Origin: Escherichia coli
GTDB taxonomy: Bacteria; Pseudomonadota; Gammaproteobacteria; Enterobacterales; Enterobacteriaceae
Direction: 5' to 3' (one strand)
Assembly: GCF_013315695.1 (NCBI RefSeq)
Contig: NZ_CP054353.1
DNA length: 64,000 bases
Positions 34,306-48,109 of the stretch are shown one piece after another (positions within the stretch are counted from its first letter, which is position 1; each line of letters begins with the position of its first letter). The notes beneath the pieces are model-generated. The model ran no database searches. It was not told the DNA's origin and saw only the letters and a program-made list of their open reading frames with translations. The position numbers and the translations under genes are program-made.

Positions 34306-35286
34306 ATGCTGACACTTGCCCGCCAACAACAGCGACAAAATATTCGCTGGTTATTATGCCTGTCAGTTTTGATGCTGCTGGCGCTTCTCTTAAGCCTTTG
34401 CGCCGGTGAACAATGGATCTCGCCAGGTGACTGGTTTACTCCTCGTGGCGAACTGTTCGTCTGGCAAATTCGCCTGCCACGTACGCTGGCTGTATTGCTG
34501 GTTGGTGCGGCGCTGGCTATATCCGGCGCTGTAATGCAGGCGTTGTTCGAAAATCCTCTGGCAGAACCTGGACTACTTGGCGTCTCTAACGGCGCAGGCG
34601 TGGGGCTTATCGCCGCGGTATTGCTTGGGCAAGGGCAACTCCCCAACTGGGCGCTGGGGCTGTGTGCGATTGCTGGCGCGCTTATCATCACTTTAATACT
34701 CTTACGTTTCGCCCGTCGTCATCTTTCGACCAGTCGGTTATTGCTGGCTGGCGTTGCATTAGGGATTATCTGTAGCGCACTAATGACGTGGGCTATCTAC
34801 TTTTCCACCTCTGTTGATTTACGTCAGCTGATGTACTGGATGATGGGCGGTTTTGGCGGCGTAGACTGGCGGCAAAGCTGGCTGATGCTGGCATTGATCC
34901 CCGTGTTGTTGTGGATCTGTTGTCAGTCCAGGCCAATGAATATGTTAGCACTTGGCGAGATCTCGGCGCGGCAACTGGGTTTACCCCTGTGGTTCTGGCG
35001 CAATGTGTTGGTGGCAGCGACCGGCTGGATGGTTGGCGTCAGTGTGGCGCTGGCGGGTGCTATCGGCTTTATTGGTCTGGTGATCCCACATATTCTCCGG
35101 CTGTGTGGTTTAACCGATCATCGCGTATTACTTCCCGGCTGCGCGTTGGCAGGGGCGAGCGCATTGCTGCTGGCCGATATTGTAGCGCGCCTGGCATTAG
35201 CTGCCGCAGAGCTGCCTATTGGCGTGGTCACCGCAACGTTGGGTGCGCCGGTGTTTATCTGGTTATTGTTAAAAGCAGGACGTTAG
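34306..35286 (+). CDS. btuC: Vitamin B12 ABC transporter permease
   Basis: [29 protein letters not shown]... recognised as E. coli BtuC. Confidence 0.95.
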   Translation: MLTLARQQQRQNIRWLLCLSVLMLLALLLSLCAGEQWISPGDWFTPRGELFVWQIRLPRTLAVLLVGAALAISGAVMQALFENPLAEPGLLGVSNGAGVGLIAAVLLGQGQLPNWALGLCAIAGALIITLILLRFARRHLSTSRLLLAGVALGIICSALMTWAIYFSTSVDLRQLMYWMMGGFGGVDWRQSWLMLALIPVLLWICCQSRPMNMLALGEISARQLGLPLWFWRNVLVAATGWMVGVSVALAGAIGFIGLVIPHILRLCGLTDHRVLLPGCALAGASALLLADIVARLALAAAELPIGVVTATLGAPVFIWLLLKAGR

Positions 35287-35348
35287 CCGCAAAAAGACGG
35301 TCTATGATTAAAAGCTAAGATTTTTACTGACCACACCCAGGAGAAACG

Positions 35349-35900
35349 ATGCAAGATTCCATTCTGACGACCGTAGTGAAAGATATCGACGGTGAAGTGA
35401 CCACGCTGGAGAAGTTCGCCGGTAATGTGCTGTTGATTGTCAATGTCGCCTCAAAGTGTGGCTTAACGCCGCAATATGAGCAGTTGGAGAATATTCAGAA
35501 AGCCTGGGCCGATCGTGGTTTTGTGGTGCTGGGATTCCCGTGCAACCAGTTTCTGGAACAAGAACCGGGCAGCGATGAAGAGATTAAAACTTACTGTACC
35601 ACCACATGGGGGGTGACGTTCCCGATGTTCAGTAAGATTGAAGTTAATGGCGAAGGACGCCATCCGCTGTATCAAAAATTGATTGCCGCAGCGCCGACCG
35701 CAGTCGCGCCGGAAGAGAGCGGATTCTATGCCCGTATGGTCAGCAAAGGTCGTGCACCGCTGTACCCTGATGATATTTTATGGAATTTTGAGAAATTTTT
35801 AGTTGGCAGGGACGGATTGGTCATCCAGCGTTTTTCCCCGGATATGACGCCGGAAGATCCCATTGTGATGGAAAGCATTAAACTGGCGTTGGCAAAATAA
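35349..35900 (+). CDS. btuE: Glutathione peroxidase-like BtuE
   Basis: 183-aa ORF with [11 protein letters not shown] motif between btuC and btuD. Confidence 0.9.
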
Positions 35901-36649
35901 TGTCTATTGTGATGCAGTTACAGGATGTTGCGGAATCTACCCGCCTGGGGCCGCTTTCTGGCGAGGTTCGGGCTGGGGAGATCCTGCACCTGGTGGGGCC
36001 GAACGGCGCGGGTAAGAGTACCTTGCTTGCACGAATGGCCGGAATGACCAGCGGTAAGGGAAGCATTCAGTTCGCGGGGCAACCACTGGAAGCATGGTCC
36101 GCAACAAAACTCGCGCTGCATCGCGCCTATCTTTCACAACAGCAGACGCCGCCGTTTGCAATGCCGGTCTGGCACTACCTGACACTGCATCAGCACGATA
36201 AAACGCGTACCGAACTACTGAATGATGTCGCAGGGGCGCTGGCTCTTGATGACAAACTCGGACGTAGCACCAATCAACTTTCCGGCGGCGAATGGCAACG
36301 CGTACGTCTTGCTGCGGTGGTGCTGCAAATCACACCACAAGCCAATCCCGCAGGCCAATTACTACTTCTTGATGAGCCTATGAACAGTCTTGATGTTGCG
36401 CAACAAAGTGCATTAGACAAAATTCTGAGCGCGCTGTGTCAGCAAGGACTGGCGATTGTGATGAGCAGTCACGATCTCAACCATACATTGCGTCATGCGC
36501 ATCGGGCGTGGTTGCTAAAAGGTGGAAAAATGCTGGCCAGTGGACGCAGGGAAGAGGTGCTCACGCCGCCAAATCTGGCGCAGGCCTATGGGATGAATTT
36601 TCGCCGTCTGGATATCGAAGGTCACAGAATGCTGATTTCGACCATCTGA
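35900..36649 (+). CDS. btuD: Vitamin B12 ABC transporter ATP-binding protein
   Basis: Walker [10 protein letters not shown], signature LSGGEWQR, Walker B LLLLDEP. Confidence 0.95.
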
Positions 36650-36726
36650 TTTCATTAGTATCTTGAAAATCGGGTAATTACGACGCTAAATTAATGCAAG
36701 AATAAAAAACAGAGGAACCGTACGGA

Positions 36727-37191
36727 ATGCGTTTCTGCCTTATTTTGATCACAGCACTGTTTCTGGCCGGGTGTAGCCACCATAAAGCACCGCCGCCAAA
36801 TGCCAGACTTTCTGATTCGATTACCGTTATTGCCGGTTTGAACGACCAGCTACAGAGCTGGCATGGCACGCCGTATCGTTATGGTGGCATGACGCGGCGC
36901 GGTGTGGACTGTTCGGGGTTTGTGGTTGTGACGATGCGCGATCGTTTCGATTTGCAGCTGCCCCGAGAAACCAAAGAACAAGCCTCTATCGGCACGCAAA
37001 TTGATAAAGACGAGTTGCTGCCTGGTGACCTGGTCTTTTTCAAAACGGGCTCCGGACAAAATGGTTTGCATGTAGGTATTTACGATACCAACAACCAATT
37101 TATCCACGCCTCTACCAGCAAGGGAGTGATGCGTTCCTCACTCGATAATGTTTATTGGCAGAAAAATTTCTGGCAGGCGAGACGAATCTAG
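36727..37191 (+). CDS. nlpC: NlpC/P60 lipoprotein
   Basis: Lipoprotein signal LFLAGCSHH; NlpC/P60 Cys motif DCSGFV; K-12 gene order. Confidence 0.9.
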   Translation: MRFCLILITALFLAGCSHHKAPPPNARLSDSITVIAGLNDQLQSWHGTPYRYGGMTRRGVDCSGFVVVTMRDRFDLQLPRETKEQASIGTQIDKDELLPGDLVFFKTGSGQNGLHVGIYDTNNQFIHASTSKGVMRSSLDNVYWQKNFWQARRI

Positions 37192-37437
37192 TATGTCGAA
37201 AAATTGACGGCGATGATACATCGCCGTCAATTTACTCCAGAATACAGTAGTATTTTGCAGACAAAAATTCCGTAAATGGATTATTCGTTTATAATCAGGA
37301 TAATCTAAAAAAAGGACCCCTGAAAAAGTGGTTAACATGGAACAAATGAAAGTTACTCCTTCTGTAATTGTTATGTCTTATGGCCTCATCCCTTTTAGCC
37401 GGATACTGAAAAACATCCTTCGAGAGGGACGGTTACC

Positions 37438-38106
37438 ATGAAGATTTTTTTGGAGAATCTTTATCATTCTGATTGCTATTTCCTGCCGATAAGAGATAAC
37501 CAGCAAGACCTTGTCGGCGTTGAGTTAATTACCCATTTCTCCAGTGAAGATGGTACGGTTCGTATACCGACGAGTCGGGTTATAGCGCAACTTACCGAGG
37601 AGCAACATTGGCAATTATTTTCTGAGCAGTTGGAATTGCTAAAATCATGCCAACACTTTTTTATTCAACATAAACTCTTTGCCTGGCTTAATTTAACCCC
37701 ACAAGTGGCTACTTTATTATTAGACAGGGATAATTACGCGGGCGAACTATTAAAATATCCGTTTATTGAACTGTTGATTAATGAGAATTACCCGCATCTC
37801 GATGAAGGAAAAGATAATCGCGATCTTTTGTCCTTATCGCAAATGTATCCCCTTGTGTTAGGTAATTTGGGCGCAGGCAATAGCACAATGAGAGCGGTTT
37901 TTGATGGTCTTTTCACCCGCGTCATGCTGGATAAAAGTTTTATTCAGCAACAAATCACGCATCGCTCCTTCGAACCGTTTATTCGTGCGATCCAGGCGCA
38001 AATTTCCCCATGTTGCAATTGCATCATCGCGGGGGGCATTGATACGCCAGAAATAATGGCACAGATTACCCCCTTTGATTTCCATGCTCTCCAGGGATGC
38101 CTGTAG
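37438..38106 (+). CDS. ydiV: Anti-FlhDC factor YdiV, ends at an in-frame TAG about 15 codons earlier than I recall for K-12
   Basis: MKIFLENLYHSDCYFLPIRDNQQ...; after TAG at 38104..38106 the same frame continues PAVPVNQITTLVQR then TAA. Confidence 0.85.
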   Translation: MKIFLENLYHSDCYFLPIRDNQQDLVGVELITHFSSEDGTVRIPTSRVIAQLTEEQHWQLFSEQLELLKSCQHFFIQHKLFAWLNLTPQVATLLLDRDNYAGELLKYPFIELLINENYPHLDEGKDNRDLLSLSQMYPLVLGNLGAGNSTMRAVFDGLFTRVMLDKSFIQQQITHRSFEPFIRAIQAQISPCCNCIIAGGIDTPEIMAQITPFDFHALQGCL

Positions 38107-38174
38107 CCTGCCGTTCCTGTAAATCAGATAACGACGTTGGTTCAGCGATAACCCTCCTGTTTGCTGGTGTTTAA

Positions 38175-39650
<1,476 letters not shown>

Positions 39651-39653
39651 AGG

Positions 39654-39845
39654 CTACTTGGTCAACAGCAGCTTGCCAGCCTGAGTTTTACGGAGCAGAT
39701 ATTCTTGCCCGTCATGATCGATAATCAGTTTGCCATCCGGACCTAACAGTGTCTGGCTGGTAATTCGCCGAATGGGCTGCGGGGAAGCGGTCTTGTGATT
39801 GGCATCCGTTTCAGGCGTGAGTTTTCTGCTATCCGTATAACGCAT
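39654..39845 (-). CDS. hemP: Hemin uptake protein HemP (YdiE)
   Basis: [28 protein letters not shown]... Confidence 0.8.
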   Translation of the reverse strand: MRYTDSRKLTPETDANHKTASPQPIRRITSQTLLGPDGKLIIDHDGQEYLLRKTQAGKLLLTK

Positions 39846-39976
39846 AAAAATTAATAATAATTGATATAACAATAATTCTTATTATCAATATTCTGGCGGG
39901 CCAGAGCAAGCAGTAATGTGTTGAGAAGACAACAAGTTGCGCGGAAATGCCCATCCCATCAGGAATGGGCACGCAT

Positions 39977-41023
39977 TCAGAAGCGGGTATCTACCGCAGA
40001 GGCGAGTTTTTCGACCAGGCGTTCGGTATCTTCCCAGCCCAGACACGGGTCGGTAATGGATTGACCGTAAGTGAGCGGCTGACCGCCGACGATTTTTTGC
40101 GTTCCTTCGCGCAGGAAACTTTCCGCCATAATTCCAGCAATCGCCGTAGAGCCATTGCGGATTTGCTGACAAATATCCTCACAAACTTCTAACTGGCGAC
40201 GGTGCTGCTTCTGGCAGTTACCGTGGCTGAAATCCACCACCAGATGTTCAGGTAAATCAAACTCGTGCAGCGTATCGCAGGCTGCGGCGATATCATCGGC
40301 ATGATAATTCGGTTTTTTGCCGCCACGCATAATAATGTGGCCATACGGGTTGCCGCTGGTCTGATAGATGGTCATCTGACCATTTTTGTCTGGCGAGAGG
40401 AACATATGGCTGGCGCGGGCTGCGCGGATAGCATCCACAGCAATCCGCGTGTTGCCATCGGTACCATTTTTAAAACCTACCGGACAGGAGAGTGCCGAAG
40501 CCATTTCACGGTGGATCTGACTTTCGGTAGTACGTGCGCCAATCGCGCCCCAACTGATTAAATCAGCAATAAACTGACCGGTCACCATATCGAGGAACTC
40601 AGTCGCGGTAGGGACGCCCAGCTCATTTACCTGTAAAAGTAATTTGCGCGCCAGCTCCAGACCGTGATTTACCCGATAGCTACCGTTTAAATCTGGATCG
40701 GAGATTAGTCCTTTCCAGCCGACAACAGTTCGTGGTTTTTCAAAATAGGTGCGCATTACGATTTCCAGCCGTGACTGGTACTGGTTGCGCAGCGACTGCA
40801 GACGGGTGGCGTACTCCATTGCAGCGGTGAGATCGTGGATCGAGCAGGGGCCAATAATGACCAACAGTCGCTTATCTTCACCATTGAGTATTTTTTCAAT
40901 TCTGCGGCGGGAGTCGGTGACATGGGTGGCGACGCCAGTCGTTACGGGATACCGTAGCGCGAGTTCGGCGGGCGTTACCAGGCTCTCAATACGCGCAGTA
41001 CGGAGTTCGTCAGTTCTGTTCAT
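39977..41023 (-). CDS. aroH: DAHP synthase, Trp-sensitive
   Basis: 348-aa ORF MNRTDELRTARIESLVTPAEL..., K-12 gene order. Confidence 0.95.
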   Translation of the reverse strand: MNRTDELRTARIESLVTPAELALRYPVTTGVATHVTDSRRRIEKILNGEDKRLLVIIGPCSIHDLTAAMEYATRLQSLRNQYQSRLEIVMRTYFEKPRTVVGWKGLISDPDLNGSYRVNHGLELARKLLLQVNELGVPTATEFLDMVTGQFIADLISWGAIGARTTESQIHREMASALSCPVGFKNGTDGNTRIAVDAIRAARASHMFLSPDKNGQMTIYQTSGNPYGHIIMRGGKKPNYHADDIAAACDTLHEFDLPEHLVVDFSHGNCQKQHRRQLEVCEDICQQIRNGSTAIAGIMAESFLREGTQKIVGGQPLTYGQSITDPCLGWEDTERLVEKLASAVDTRF

Positions 41024-41179
41024 TACAAGTCTCAGAAATTTGTTGCTTCTACGGCAGGACTACCGGGAAGTGATGCGCATCACGATAAACCAATCGCAGC
41101 TGATTTCAAGTGCGAGGTGTGTCACACCTCGCCGGGTGGTTAGCATGATAACAAAAAAGCAAGCCAATGCACTAGTTTT

Positions 41180-42013
41180 CTAGTACATTCGACGGCTAAG
41201 GCCCATGATATCGAGGATCTTGGTGGCAATCTCTTCTACCGAATAATTGGTACTGTTAATCCACGGGATCTGATTTTTACGGTACAACGCTTCCACTTCC
41301 GCGACTTCCATCCTGCACTGACGAAGCGAGGCATAGCGACTGTTCTCCCGACGTTCCTCGCGAATCGCCGCCAGACGTTCCGGGTCGATAGTCAGGCCGA
41401 ACAATTTGTGCTGAAGCGGTTTGAGCGACGCGGGTAGCACCAGATTATCCATATCGTCGGCAATAAAGGGGTAGTTTGCCGCGCGGATACCAAATTGCAT
41501 TGCCAGATACAGACTGGTGGGGGTTTTACCACAGCGAGAAACACCGAGCAGGATCACCTGAGCCTGGTCCAGATTGCGCAACGAAATGCCGTCGTCATGG
41601 GCAAGGGTGTAATCAATCGCCGCAATACGCGCATCATATTTATTGAGGTTATTAGGGTTCAGGCCATGGGTACGATGAGCAATCGGCGTGGGATCCAGTT
41701 TCATCTCTTGTTGTAGCGGGGCAACCAGCGCCTGAACGATATCCTGGCAAAAGCCCTCACTTTGCAAGATGATGGCGCGAATCTCCGGCAACACGATGGA
41801 GTAGAAGACCAGCGGGCGCACACCTGTCTGGTGATAAATTGCGTCAATCTGATCCTTCACTGCCCGTGCACGGCTCTCATTTTCGACAAACGGCAGCGTA
41901 ATGCTGCTGATAGTGACGGGAAATTGTGACATTACTGCGTGTCCTAATACCTCCGCAGTTATTGCCGTACCATCAGAAATATAAAAAACGTGGCGATCAA
42001 CAGCATTATCCAT
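41180..42013 (-). CDS. ppsR: PEP synthase regulatory protein
   Basis: 277-aa ORF divergent from ppsA, P-loop GVSRCGKT. Confidence 0.9.
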
Positions 42014-42344
42014 TTTGTTCTTCCCGTGATGCAGACATAATTCTATGAAAGCATAAATTAAAAACGCACAGAAGCGTAGAACGTTATGTCTGGTTTATAA
42101 AATGAAACTTAAATTTTATTTTTTATGAAAACAGCATTTCATTTTTATGGTTTCGTTTATACCGATGGTTTATGTGGAAATTGTCGAAGAGAGCAGATTT
42201 GCGCAACGCTGGGATCAGTCTTAAAAAGTAAAAAATATATTTGCTTGAACGATTCACCGTTTTTTTCATCCGGTTAAATATGCAAAGATAAATGCGCAGA
42301 AATGTGTTTCTCAAACCGTTCATTTATCACAAAAGGATTGTTCG

Positions 42345-44723
42345 ATGTCCAACAATGGCTCGTCACCGCTGGTGCTTTGGTATAACCAACTCGGCATGAA
42401 TGATGTAGACAGGGTTGGGGGCAAAAATGCCTCCCTGGGTGAAATGATTACTAACCTTTCCGGAATGGGTGTTTCCGTTCCGAATGGTTTCGCCACAACC
42501 GCCGACGCGTTTAACCAGTTTCTGGACCAAAGCGGCGTAAACCAGCGCATTTATGAACTGCTGGATAAAACGGATATTGACGATGTTACCCAGCTTGCGA
42601 AAGCGGGCGCGCAAATCCGCCAGTGGATTATCGACACTCCCTTCCAGCCTGAGCTGGAAAACGCCATCCGCGAAGCCTATGCACAGCTTTCCGCCGATGA
42701 CGAAAACGCCTCGTTTGCGGTGCGTTCCTCCGCTACTGCAGAAGATATGCCGGACGCTTCTTTTGCCGGTCAGCAGGAAACCTTCCTCAACGTTCAGGGT
42801 TTTGACGCCGTTCTCGTGGCAGTGAAACATGTATTTGCTTCTCTGTTTAACGATCGCGCCATCTCTTATCGTGTGCACCAGGGTTACGATCACCGTGGCG
42901 TGGCGCTCTCCGCCGGTGTTCAGCGGATGGTGCGCTCCGACCTCGCATCTTCTGGCGTGATGTTCTCCATTGATACCGAATCCGGCTTTGACCAGGTGGT
43001 GTTTATCACTTCCGCATGGGGCCTTGGTGAAATGGTCGTGCAGGGTGCGGTTAACCCGGATGAGTTTTACGTGCACAAACCGACACTGGCGGCGAATCGC
43101 CCGGCTATCGTGCGCCGCACCATGGGGTCGAAAAAAATCCGCATGGTTTACGCGCCGACCCAGGAGCACGGCAAGCAGGTTAAAATCGAAGACGTACCGC
43201 AGGAACAGCGTGACATCTTCTCGCTGACCAACGAAGAAGTGCAGGAACTGGCAAAACAGGCCGTACAAATTGAGAAACACTACGGTCGCCCGATGGATAT
43301 TGAGTGGGCGAAAGATGGCCACACCGGCAAACTGTTCATTGTGCAGGCGCGTCCGGAAACCGTGCGCTCACGCGGTCAGGTCATGGAGCGTTATACGCTG
43401 CATTCACAGGGTAAGATTATCGCCGAAGGCCGTGCTATCGGTCATCGCATCGGCGCGGGTCCGGTGAAAGTCATCCATGACATCAGCGAAATGAACCGCA
43501 TCGAACCTGGTGACGTGCTGGTTACTGACATGACCGACCCGGACTGGGAACCGATCATGAAGAAAGCATCTGCCATCGTCACCAACCGTGGCGGTCGTAC
43601 CTGTCACGCGGCGATCATCGCTCGTGAACTCGGCATTCCGGCGGTAGTGGGCTGTGGTGATGCAACAGAACGGATGAAAGACGGTGAGAACGTCACTGTT
43701 TCTTGTGCCGAAGGTGATACCGGTTATGTCTATGCGGAGTTGCTGGAATTTAGCGTGAAAAGCTCCAGCGTAGAAACGATGCCGGACCTGCCGTTGAAGG
43801 TGATGATGAACGTCGGTAACCCGGATCGTGCTTTCGACTTCGCCTGCCTGCCGAACGAAGGCGTGGGCCTTGCGCGTCTGGAATTTATCATCAACCGTAT
43901 GATTGGCGTCCACCCACGCGCACTGCTTGAGTTTGACGATCAGGAACCGCAGTTGCAAAACGAAATCCGCGAGATGATGAAAGGTTTTGATTCTCCGCGT
44001 GAATTTTACGTTGGGCGTTTGACTGAAGGGATCGCGACGCTGGGTGCCGCGTTTTATCCGAAGCGCGTCATTGTCCGTCTCTCTGATTTTAAATCGAACG
44101 AATATGCCAACCTGGTCGGTGGTGAGCGTTACGAGCCAGATGAAGAGAACCCGATGCTCGGCTTCCGTGGCGCGGGCCGCTATGTTTCCGACAGCTTCCG
44201 CGACTGCTTCGCGCTGGAGTGTGAAGCAGTGAAACGTGTGCGCAACGACATGGGGCTGACCAACGTTGAGATCATGATCCCGTTCGTGCGTACCGTAGAT
44301 CAGGCGAAAGCGGTGGTTGAGGAACTGGCGCGTCAGGGGCTGAAACGTGGTGAGAACGGGCTGAAAATCATCATGATGTGTGAAATCCCGTCCAACGCCT
44401 TGCTGGCCGAGCAGTTCCTCGAATATTTCGACGGCTTCTCAATTGGCTCAAACGACATGACGCAGCTGGCGCTCGGTCTGGATCGTGACTCCGGCGTGGT
44501 ATCTGAACTGTTCGATGAGCGCAACGATGCGGTGAAAGCACTGCTGTCGATGGCGATTCGTGCCGCGAAGAAACAGGGCAAATATGTCGGGATTTGCGGT
44601 CAGGGTCCATCCGACCACGAAGACTTTGCTGCATGGTTGATGGAAGAGGGGATCGATAGCCTGTCTCTTAACCCGGACACCGTGGTGCAAACCTGGTTAA
44701 GTCTGGCTGAACTTAACAAGTAA
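42345..44723 (+). CDS. ppsA: Phosphoenolpyruvate synthase
   Basis: 792-aa ORF; PEP-utilising motifs [17 protein letters not shown]. Confidence 0.95.
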   Translation: MSNNGSSPLVLWYNQLGMNDVDRVGGKNASLGEMITNLSGMGVSVPNGFATTADAFNQFLDQSGVNQRIYELLDKTDIDDVTQLAKAGAQIRQWIIDTPFQPELENAIREAYAQLSADDENASFAVRSSATAEDMPDASFAGQQETFLNVQGFDAVLVAVKHVFASLFNDRAISYRVHQGYDHRGVALSAGVQRMVRSDLASSGVMFSIDTESGFDQVVFITSAWGLGEMVVQGAVNPDEFYVHKPTLAANRPAIVRRTMGSKKIRMVYAPTQEHGKQVKIEDVPQEQRDIFSLTNEEVQELAKQAVQIEKHYGRPMDIEWAKDGHTGKLFIVQARPETVRSRGQVMERYTLHSQGKIIAEGRAIGHRIGAGPVKVIHDISEMNRIEPGDVLVTDMTDPDWEPIMKKASAIVTNRGGRTCHAAIIARELGIPAVVGCGDATERMKDGENVTVSCAEGDTGYVYAELLEFSVKSSSVETMPDLPLKVMMNVGNPDRAFDFACLPNEGVGLARLEFIINRMIGVHPRALLEFDDQEPQLQNEIREMMKGFDSPREFYVGRLTEGIATLGAAFYPKRVIVRLSDFKSNEYANLVGGERYEPDEENPMLGFRGAGRYVSDSFRDCFALECEAVKRVRNDMGLTNVEIMIPFVRTVDQAKAVVEELARQGLKRGENGLKIIMMCEIPSNALLAEQFLEYFDGFSIGSNDMTQLALGLDRDSGVVSELFDERNDAVKALLSMAIRAAKKQGKYVGICGQGPSDHEDFAAWLMEEGIDSLSLNPDTVVQTWLSLAELNK

Positions 44724-44726
44724 ATA

Positions 44727-44760
44727 AAAACCCGGCGGCGTTCAGTCGCCGGGTCCATTT
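44727..44760 (+). terminator. Terminator after ppsA
   Basis: A-run then CCCGGCGG-loop-CGCCGGG hairpin. Confidence 0.6.
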
Positions 44761-45205
44761 CTATATCCCCACCTTTTAACAACCTGCTTTGGGCAAACGC
44801 GCTCATGCAATATAAAAAGTTTCCGGACATCATCTGAATAATTGGCTGCTGTTCTTTCTGATTTTAATTTGTTTGCGATCCTCTCCACAGAATAATTCTC
44901 GATACCGTTTTTTCTCAAAGCCGAATGTGACCACACGTCAATTTCCTTAAGCATATGCGTAATTTTTTCGTCCAGAGTTCGTTGGATTGCACGAAGTCAC
45001 TGATGAGTCCCGTTTTTATACTATCTTCAACCACAGCATAAAAAGGGATATGGCCATGAAAAATTACCGCACCGTTATTCAGACATAAGCGCAGATTATG
45101 TAATTCAGAGAATTTATTCGAACTAAAACCGATTTTCTGATTTGTCTGGCTGTACAGAAAACAGGATAAATTCCCTCCGCGAGCGGTGGGAAACAGCTAC
45201 AGGGA

Positions 45206-46612
45206 TTGCATATGAGTTGCTATTTGAAAGTCCTGATTTGTGCGATTGTCGCACTCGCTATATGGTTTTTCCCCGTCCCCGACGGATTAACACCCTTAAC
45301 CTGGCACATTCTGGCCATATTTATCACCACTGTGGTGGCGTTTATTCTGCAACCGTTGCCGGTGGGCGCTATCGCGTTAATAGCCATCAGTTTTATTATG
45401 CTGACCGGTATGATGAAAACCAGCGAAGCCTTAAAAGGTTTCAGCAGCACGACGGTATGGCTTATTGTCGCCGCATTCCTGTACGCGAAAGGATTCATCA
45501 AAACGGGGTTGGGGCGGCGTATCGCCTATTTGCTGATTCGCGGATTTGGCGGCAGCTCGTTGCGTCTGGGTTATACATTGGCGCTAAGCGATATGATTAT
45601 CGCGCCCGCAACGCCATCAAACACAGCGCGAGCAGGAGGGATTTTGTTCCCGATTGTTCGCAGTGTCTCTAACAGCTTTGGATCTGAACCGGATCAAGGG
45701 CCGCGTAAAATAGGCGCTTATCTGATGCAGACGGTGTTCCATTCCAACTGCCTCTCATCCTCGATGTTTATGACGGCCAGCGCGCCAAATGCACTCATTG
45801 TATCTCTGGCGGCCAGCACTTTATTTGTCGATATCTCATGGGGGATGTGGACGCTAAGCGCACTGGTGCCGGGCATTATCGCTTTTATCACTATGCCGTT
45901 GGTCATTTACAAACTCTACCCGCCAGAGATCAAAAAGACGCCAGAAGCCAAAGCGTTGGCACAGGAAGAACTTATCAAAATGGGGCCGGTAACCCGTGAT
46001 GAGCGCGTGACGATTGGCATTTTCCTGCTTTCATTATTGGCCTGGAGTACATCGAAATGGACTGGCCTGGATGCGACGGCTGTTGCGCTTTCTGGCGTCT
46101 GTTTAATGTTGATGACCCGGATTATCACCTGGCAGGATGTGCAGTCAGAGAAGGGGGCCTGGGACATTCTGGTCTGGCTGGGAGTCATGATCTGTATGGC
46201 AGATAAGCTCAATCAGCTTGGCCTGTTCAAATGGTTTGCCGTCACAACCTCGGCGCTGTTCACCGGCATTCCGTGGGAGATAACGTTGACGGTGTTGCTG
46301 ATAGTTTACTGCTATTCCCACTATTTCTTTGCCGGAAGTACGCCGCATGTAGTGGCGATGTATGCCGCTTTTGGCAGCGTCTCGGTTGCTGCTGGCGCAC
46401 CGCCGATGATGGCGGCTCTGTCACTGGCGTTCGTCACTAACCTGATGAGCGGCATTTCGCATTATGGCAACGGACCCGCAGTGATCTATTACGGCGCTGG
46501 CTATGTCTCGCAACGAGAATGGTGGCGGCTGGGCTTTATCGTCATGTTGTTGAACATTGTCATCTGGTTCGGACTGGGGGCGGTGTGGTGGAAAATTCTT
46601 GGCCTGTGGTAA
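45206..46612 (+). CDS. Anion permease, DASS/SLC13-like (organic acid transporter candidate)
   Basis: 468-aa polytopic membrane protein with SNTARAGGI motif; not in the K-12 ppsA-fadK interval as I recall it. Confidence 0.65.
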   Translation: MHMSCYLKVLICAIVALAIWFFPVPDGLTPLTWHILAIFITTVVAFILQPLPVGAIALIAISFIMLTGMMKTSEALKGFSSTTVWLIVAAFLYAKGFIKTGLGRRIAYLLIRGFGGSSLRLGYTLALSDMIIAPATPSNTARAGGILFPIVRSVSNSFGSEPDQGPRKIGAYLMQTVFHSNCLSSSMFMTASAPNALIVSLAASTLFVDISWGMWTLSALVPGIIAFITMPLVIYKLYPPEIKKTPEAKALAQEELIKMGPVTRDERVTIGIFLLSLLAWSTSKWTGLDATAVALSGVCLMLMTRIITWQDVQSEKGAWDILVWLGVMICMADKLNQLGLFKWFAVTTSALFTGIPWEITLTVLLIVYCYSHYFFAGSTPHVVAMYAAFGSVSVAAGAPPMMAALSLAFVTNLMSGISHYGNGPAVIYYGAGYVSQREWWRLGFIVMLLNIVIWFGLGAVWWKILGLW

Positions 46613-46647
46613 GTGGCCTGCGACAAACATCAATCAAGGAATAGTGT

Positions 46648-47607
46648 ATGAACTTAAAAGATATTCAAGTGGCGATCGTCGGCAAACTAAGTGATCGCTT
46701 AATGGCTAAAGTTGAATCTACCTTCACCGCATATCGCCTGTGGGAACTGGCTGATGAAGGCGCTTTTTACACGCAAATCGCGCCGGATATTCAGGCGCTG
46801 GTGACCAGTGGTAATCCGGTAATGGGGGCTTCTCGGGCGCTAATAGAAAAATTTCCGAATCTGAAGATTATTGCCAGCAACGGTGTGGGTTATGACCCTA
46901 TTGATATCGTGGCAGCCAGGGAGCATGGCGTTATCGTCACCAACACACCTGGCGTGCTTAATGACTGTGTCGCAGACATTGGTATAGCGTTGTTACTCAA
47001 TGTTGCCCGACGTATTAACATTGCCGATCGTTATGTTCGTGACGGCCGTTGGCCAAACGAGGGGCGTTTCCCGATGGCGACGAAAGTGAGTGGCAAACGT
47101 TGCGGAATTGTCGGTCTGGGGAACATTGGTAACGCAGTAGCCCGCCGTGCAGCAGCATTTGAAATGGAAATTCACTATTTCGACCCAAAACCGCATAACA
47201 AACCTGATTGGACGGCGCATGATTCGTTGGTTTCTCTGGCGCAAGCGGTGGACTTCCTCGTTCTGACGCTGCCAGGCGGCGCGAGTACGCGCGGCGTTAT
47301 TGACAAAACGGTGCTGCAGGCTCTGGGGAAAACCGGGCATTTGATCAGTATTTCCCGGGGATCAGTGGTGAACGAAACCGATCTGATTGATGCTCTGCAA
47401 AATAACATTATTGCTGGTGCGGCACTGGACGTTTATGCCAACGAACCACATGTGCCAGAACAATTAATGTCGCTGGATAACGTTGTCCTTACGCCACATA
47501 TCGCCAGTGGTACGAGCGAAACGTTTAATGCGATGGCGGATTTGGTATTTGATAACTTACAGGCTTTCTTTAGCGGACAGCCAGTTATTACCCCTGTTAC
47601 TCAATAA
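46648..47607 (+). CDS. D-isomer-specific 2-hydroxyacid dehydrogenase
   Basis: NAD-binding GIVGLGNIGNAVARR and catalytic-region motifs typical of glyoxylate/hydroxypyruvate reductases. Confidence 0.8.
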   Translation: MNLKDIQVAIVGKLSDRLMAKVESTFTAYRLWELADEGAFYTQIAPDIQALVTSGNPVMGASRALIEKFPNLKIIASNGVGYDPIDIVAAREHGVIVTNTPGVLNDCVADIGIALLLNVARRINIADRYVRDGRWPNEGRFPMATKVSGKRCGIVGLGNIGNAVARRAAAFEMEIHYFDPKPHNKPDWTAHDSLVSLAQAVDFLVLTLPGGASTRGVIDKTVLQALGKTGHLISISRGSVVNETDLIDALQNNIIAGAALDVYANEPHVPEQLMSLDNVVLTPHIASGTSETFNAMADLVFDNLQAFFSGQPVITPVTQ

Positions 47608-47617
47608 GGCGGAAAAT

Positions 47618-48097
47618 ATGATTTATGGTGATATCGCGTATCTTAGTGAACAACAAAAGCGGACATTTCATCCTGTCATCACTCGTGTCATTGAGTATCT
47701 TTCACAACATGATCTGAATAGTCTTCCTGTGGGAGAGAAGGTTTTTATTCAGGATGACTCAATATTTTATACCGTGGTTGAACCGATGACTAAACCACTA
47801 CATGAATGTCGACCGGAAGTTCATCGTAAATATCTTGATGTCCATTTTTTAATTGCCGGAGAAGAGCGGATTTGTGTGGATTTTGATGATGGGGAAAACT
47901 CGGTTGTAGAAAGCCACCTGGGCGACCGTGATGTTATTTTTTATGCTGATGAACGTATTAATGATCGAATCATCACGCTGACACCAGGACAGTTTGTGGT
48001 GGTCTTTCCGGAAGAAGTGCATCGGGCATGCTATAAAATCGATAACGTGGAAAAAATCAAAAAAACAGTCGTGAAAATCGACATGAGTTTATTATAG
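47618..48097 (+). CDS. YhcH/YjgK/YiaL-family protein
   Basis: 159-aa ORF (start at MIYGDIAYL with AAGGCGGA RBS); C-terminal ...KKTVVKIDMSLL resembles family members. Confidence 0.65.
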   Translation: MIYGDIAYLSEQQKRTFHPVITRVIEYLSQHDLNSLPVGEKVFIQDDSIFYTVVEPMTKPLHECRPEVHRKYLDVHFLIAGEERICVDFDDGENSVVESHLGDRDVIFYADERINDRIITLTPGQFVVVFPEEVHRACYKIDNVEKIKKTVVKIDMSLL

Positions 48098-48109
48098 GCG
48101 GAGCTGGCT

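Noticed and set aside
42363-43322. 319-aa ORF on the minus strand
   Set aside because: Antisense within ppsA.
44742-44954. 70-aa minus-strand ORF downstream of ppsA
   Set aside because: Runs into the ppsA terminator hairpin and lacks an RBS; could be a remnant of an island-associated gene, but the evidence is too weak to call.
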